Source: Diplonema japonicum
Lineage: Eukaryota; Protista; Euglenozoa: Diplonemea
Reading direction: 5' to 3'
Assembly: GCA_964019335.1 (NCBI GenBank)
Contig: OZ025714.1
Coordinates: 248,001-312,000 of the forward strand
DNA: 64,000 nt
The position numbers were made by a program, and so were the translations under genes. A model generated the notes under the pieces. It saw only the letters and a program-made list of their open reading frames with translations, had not been told where the DNA came from and did not search any database. Below are positions 63,128-64,000 of this stretch, one piece after another (position 1 is the first letter of the stretch; each line of letters starts with the position of its first letter).

Positions 63128-64000
63128 TCACAACATCCCTTTTTTCCTGCACCATATTGAGGTCCGGAGAGGCTTCGGTTGTTTTTTCACAGAACGCTCC
63201 ACAGCACCGCACTCCCCGGGAGGTTCTTCCTCCGTGGTGTTCAGGAAGCTGCTGAAGTCTTGCGACGGGATGGCGAAGGTCGCCTGGTCTTCCATTTCTT
63301 TATCCGCCGAAAATTCTTTTTTGTTTTCGGGAACCTGGTTGCTCGAAGGCAGAGGTGTGGAGACAACGAGCTTCCTACGCAAGCCTGCATACTTCAAGGC
63401 GAATAAACGTTCGAGTGAAGTAACAGGTTCAAAACAGTTCGGGCAATGTGAGAACTTATTATCTTGCACAGCACAGAAGAGGCAAACACTCACATGCCCG
63501 CAAGGTAGAAAAATCGCGTCCACCTCGTTGCCGCAAACGCCGCACGGTTCTGACACACGGGAAACGTTTGCCCTTGTTTTTTTAACCACGTTTCGGATAC
63601 GTTTCAGGTTGCCTACTAAATTGAACCCAATTGATTTTTCAGGCTCCTTCCACATGATGCAACCGCTAGCTGTTGGGTCATATAAGCGGTTGGTGACCTC
63701 TTGCTCGTGCTGCCATTTCTGATCCAGCATTACATCTGCGAACTGGCTTGGATCGTAATCCCCTTGCATGAAATGCCTCCCAACCGAGATCCCGAAATAA
63801 TTCCCGGTGTACGCTTTTTCTTTCGGCTGAACCGTTCTTTCGGAGAGGGATGCTATGATGCTTGGAATTTGAAACCGAAAAAAATGGTTTTTTTTAATGG
63901 TCTCGCTGCAGGAATCGCTGGATCCACCGAAGATGAATAATGACGACGTGTGTAAACAGGATGAAGAATGGCCTGTTATACGGTAGCCTCTGGGGGAGGG
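63128..64000 (-). CDS. Kelch-like repeat plus RING finger protein (5' end outside window)
   Basis: Frame is open to the window edge with PSPR...GHSS...LFIFGG; C3HC4 RING CGVC...FLPCGH..VC..C...CPNC. Confidence 0.75.
   Translation of the reverse strand, partial: PSPRGYRITGHSSSCLHTSSLFIFGGSSDSCSETIKKNHFFRFQIPSIIASLSERTVQPKEKAYTGNYFGISVGRHFMQGDYDPSQFADVMLDQKWQHEQEVTNRLYDPTASGCIMWKEPEKSIGFNLVGNLKRIRNVVKKTRANVSRVSEPCGVCGNEVDAIFLPCGHVSVCLFCAVQDNKFSHCPNCFEPVTSLERLFALKYAGLRRKLVVSTPLPSSNQVPENKKEFSADKEMEDQATFAIPSQDFSSFLNTTEEEPPGECGAVERSVKKQPKPLRTSIWCRKKGML

Overview
Eukaryotic nuclear DNA, most likely from a euglenozoan protist, with a diplonemid-like organisation (inference). All 26 supportable host genes lie on the minus strand in one unbroken co-directional cluster, with gaps as short as 68-200 nt. 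Intergenic DNA is dominated by A, T, G and C homopolymer runs. Genes: four tandem MINPP-type histidine phosphatases, a myosin with a PH and RanBP2-zinc-finger tail, a GT77-like sugar transferase, an LSD1 zinc-finger protein, a CapZ-beta/WW/WW/SAM fusion, a MAP2K, a PAF-acetylhydrolase-like protein, a TRF4-like nucleotidyltransferase with a broken DxD motif, two ATRX/Rad54-like SNF2 ATPases, a Nup88-like protein, a Cys-rich repeat surface protein, a PH-like/coiled-coil/PDZ protein, homoserine dehydrogenase, two cytochrome c peroxidases, a small acylated protein, a ZIP transporter, an arylsulfatase, a partial Kelch-RING protein and three hypothetical proteins. I reconstructed by hand 21 GT-AG introns (36-72 nt, one of 250 nt) that the ORF track misses; every spliced CDS is a multiple of 3 and most junctions restore a recognisable motif or join adjacent ORFs. 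Many introns have G-run/poly(A) interiors where a polypyrimidine tract is expected, some are poly(T)-poly(A) foldbacks, and they are strongly biased to the 3' half of genes. Also present: a decayed piggyBac, a decayed PIF/Harbinger-like element, several MITE candidates, poly(A) runs fused to many start codons, and a recurrent intergenic hairpin (sense AGG...CCCU(U/A)). All family assignments come from motif recognition; no database search was run. Homopolymer lengths may carry assembly error.
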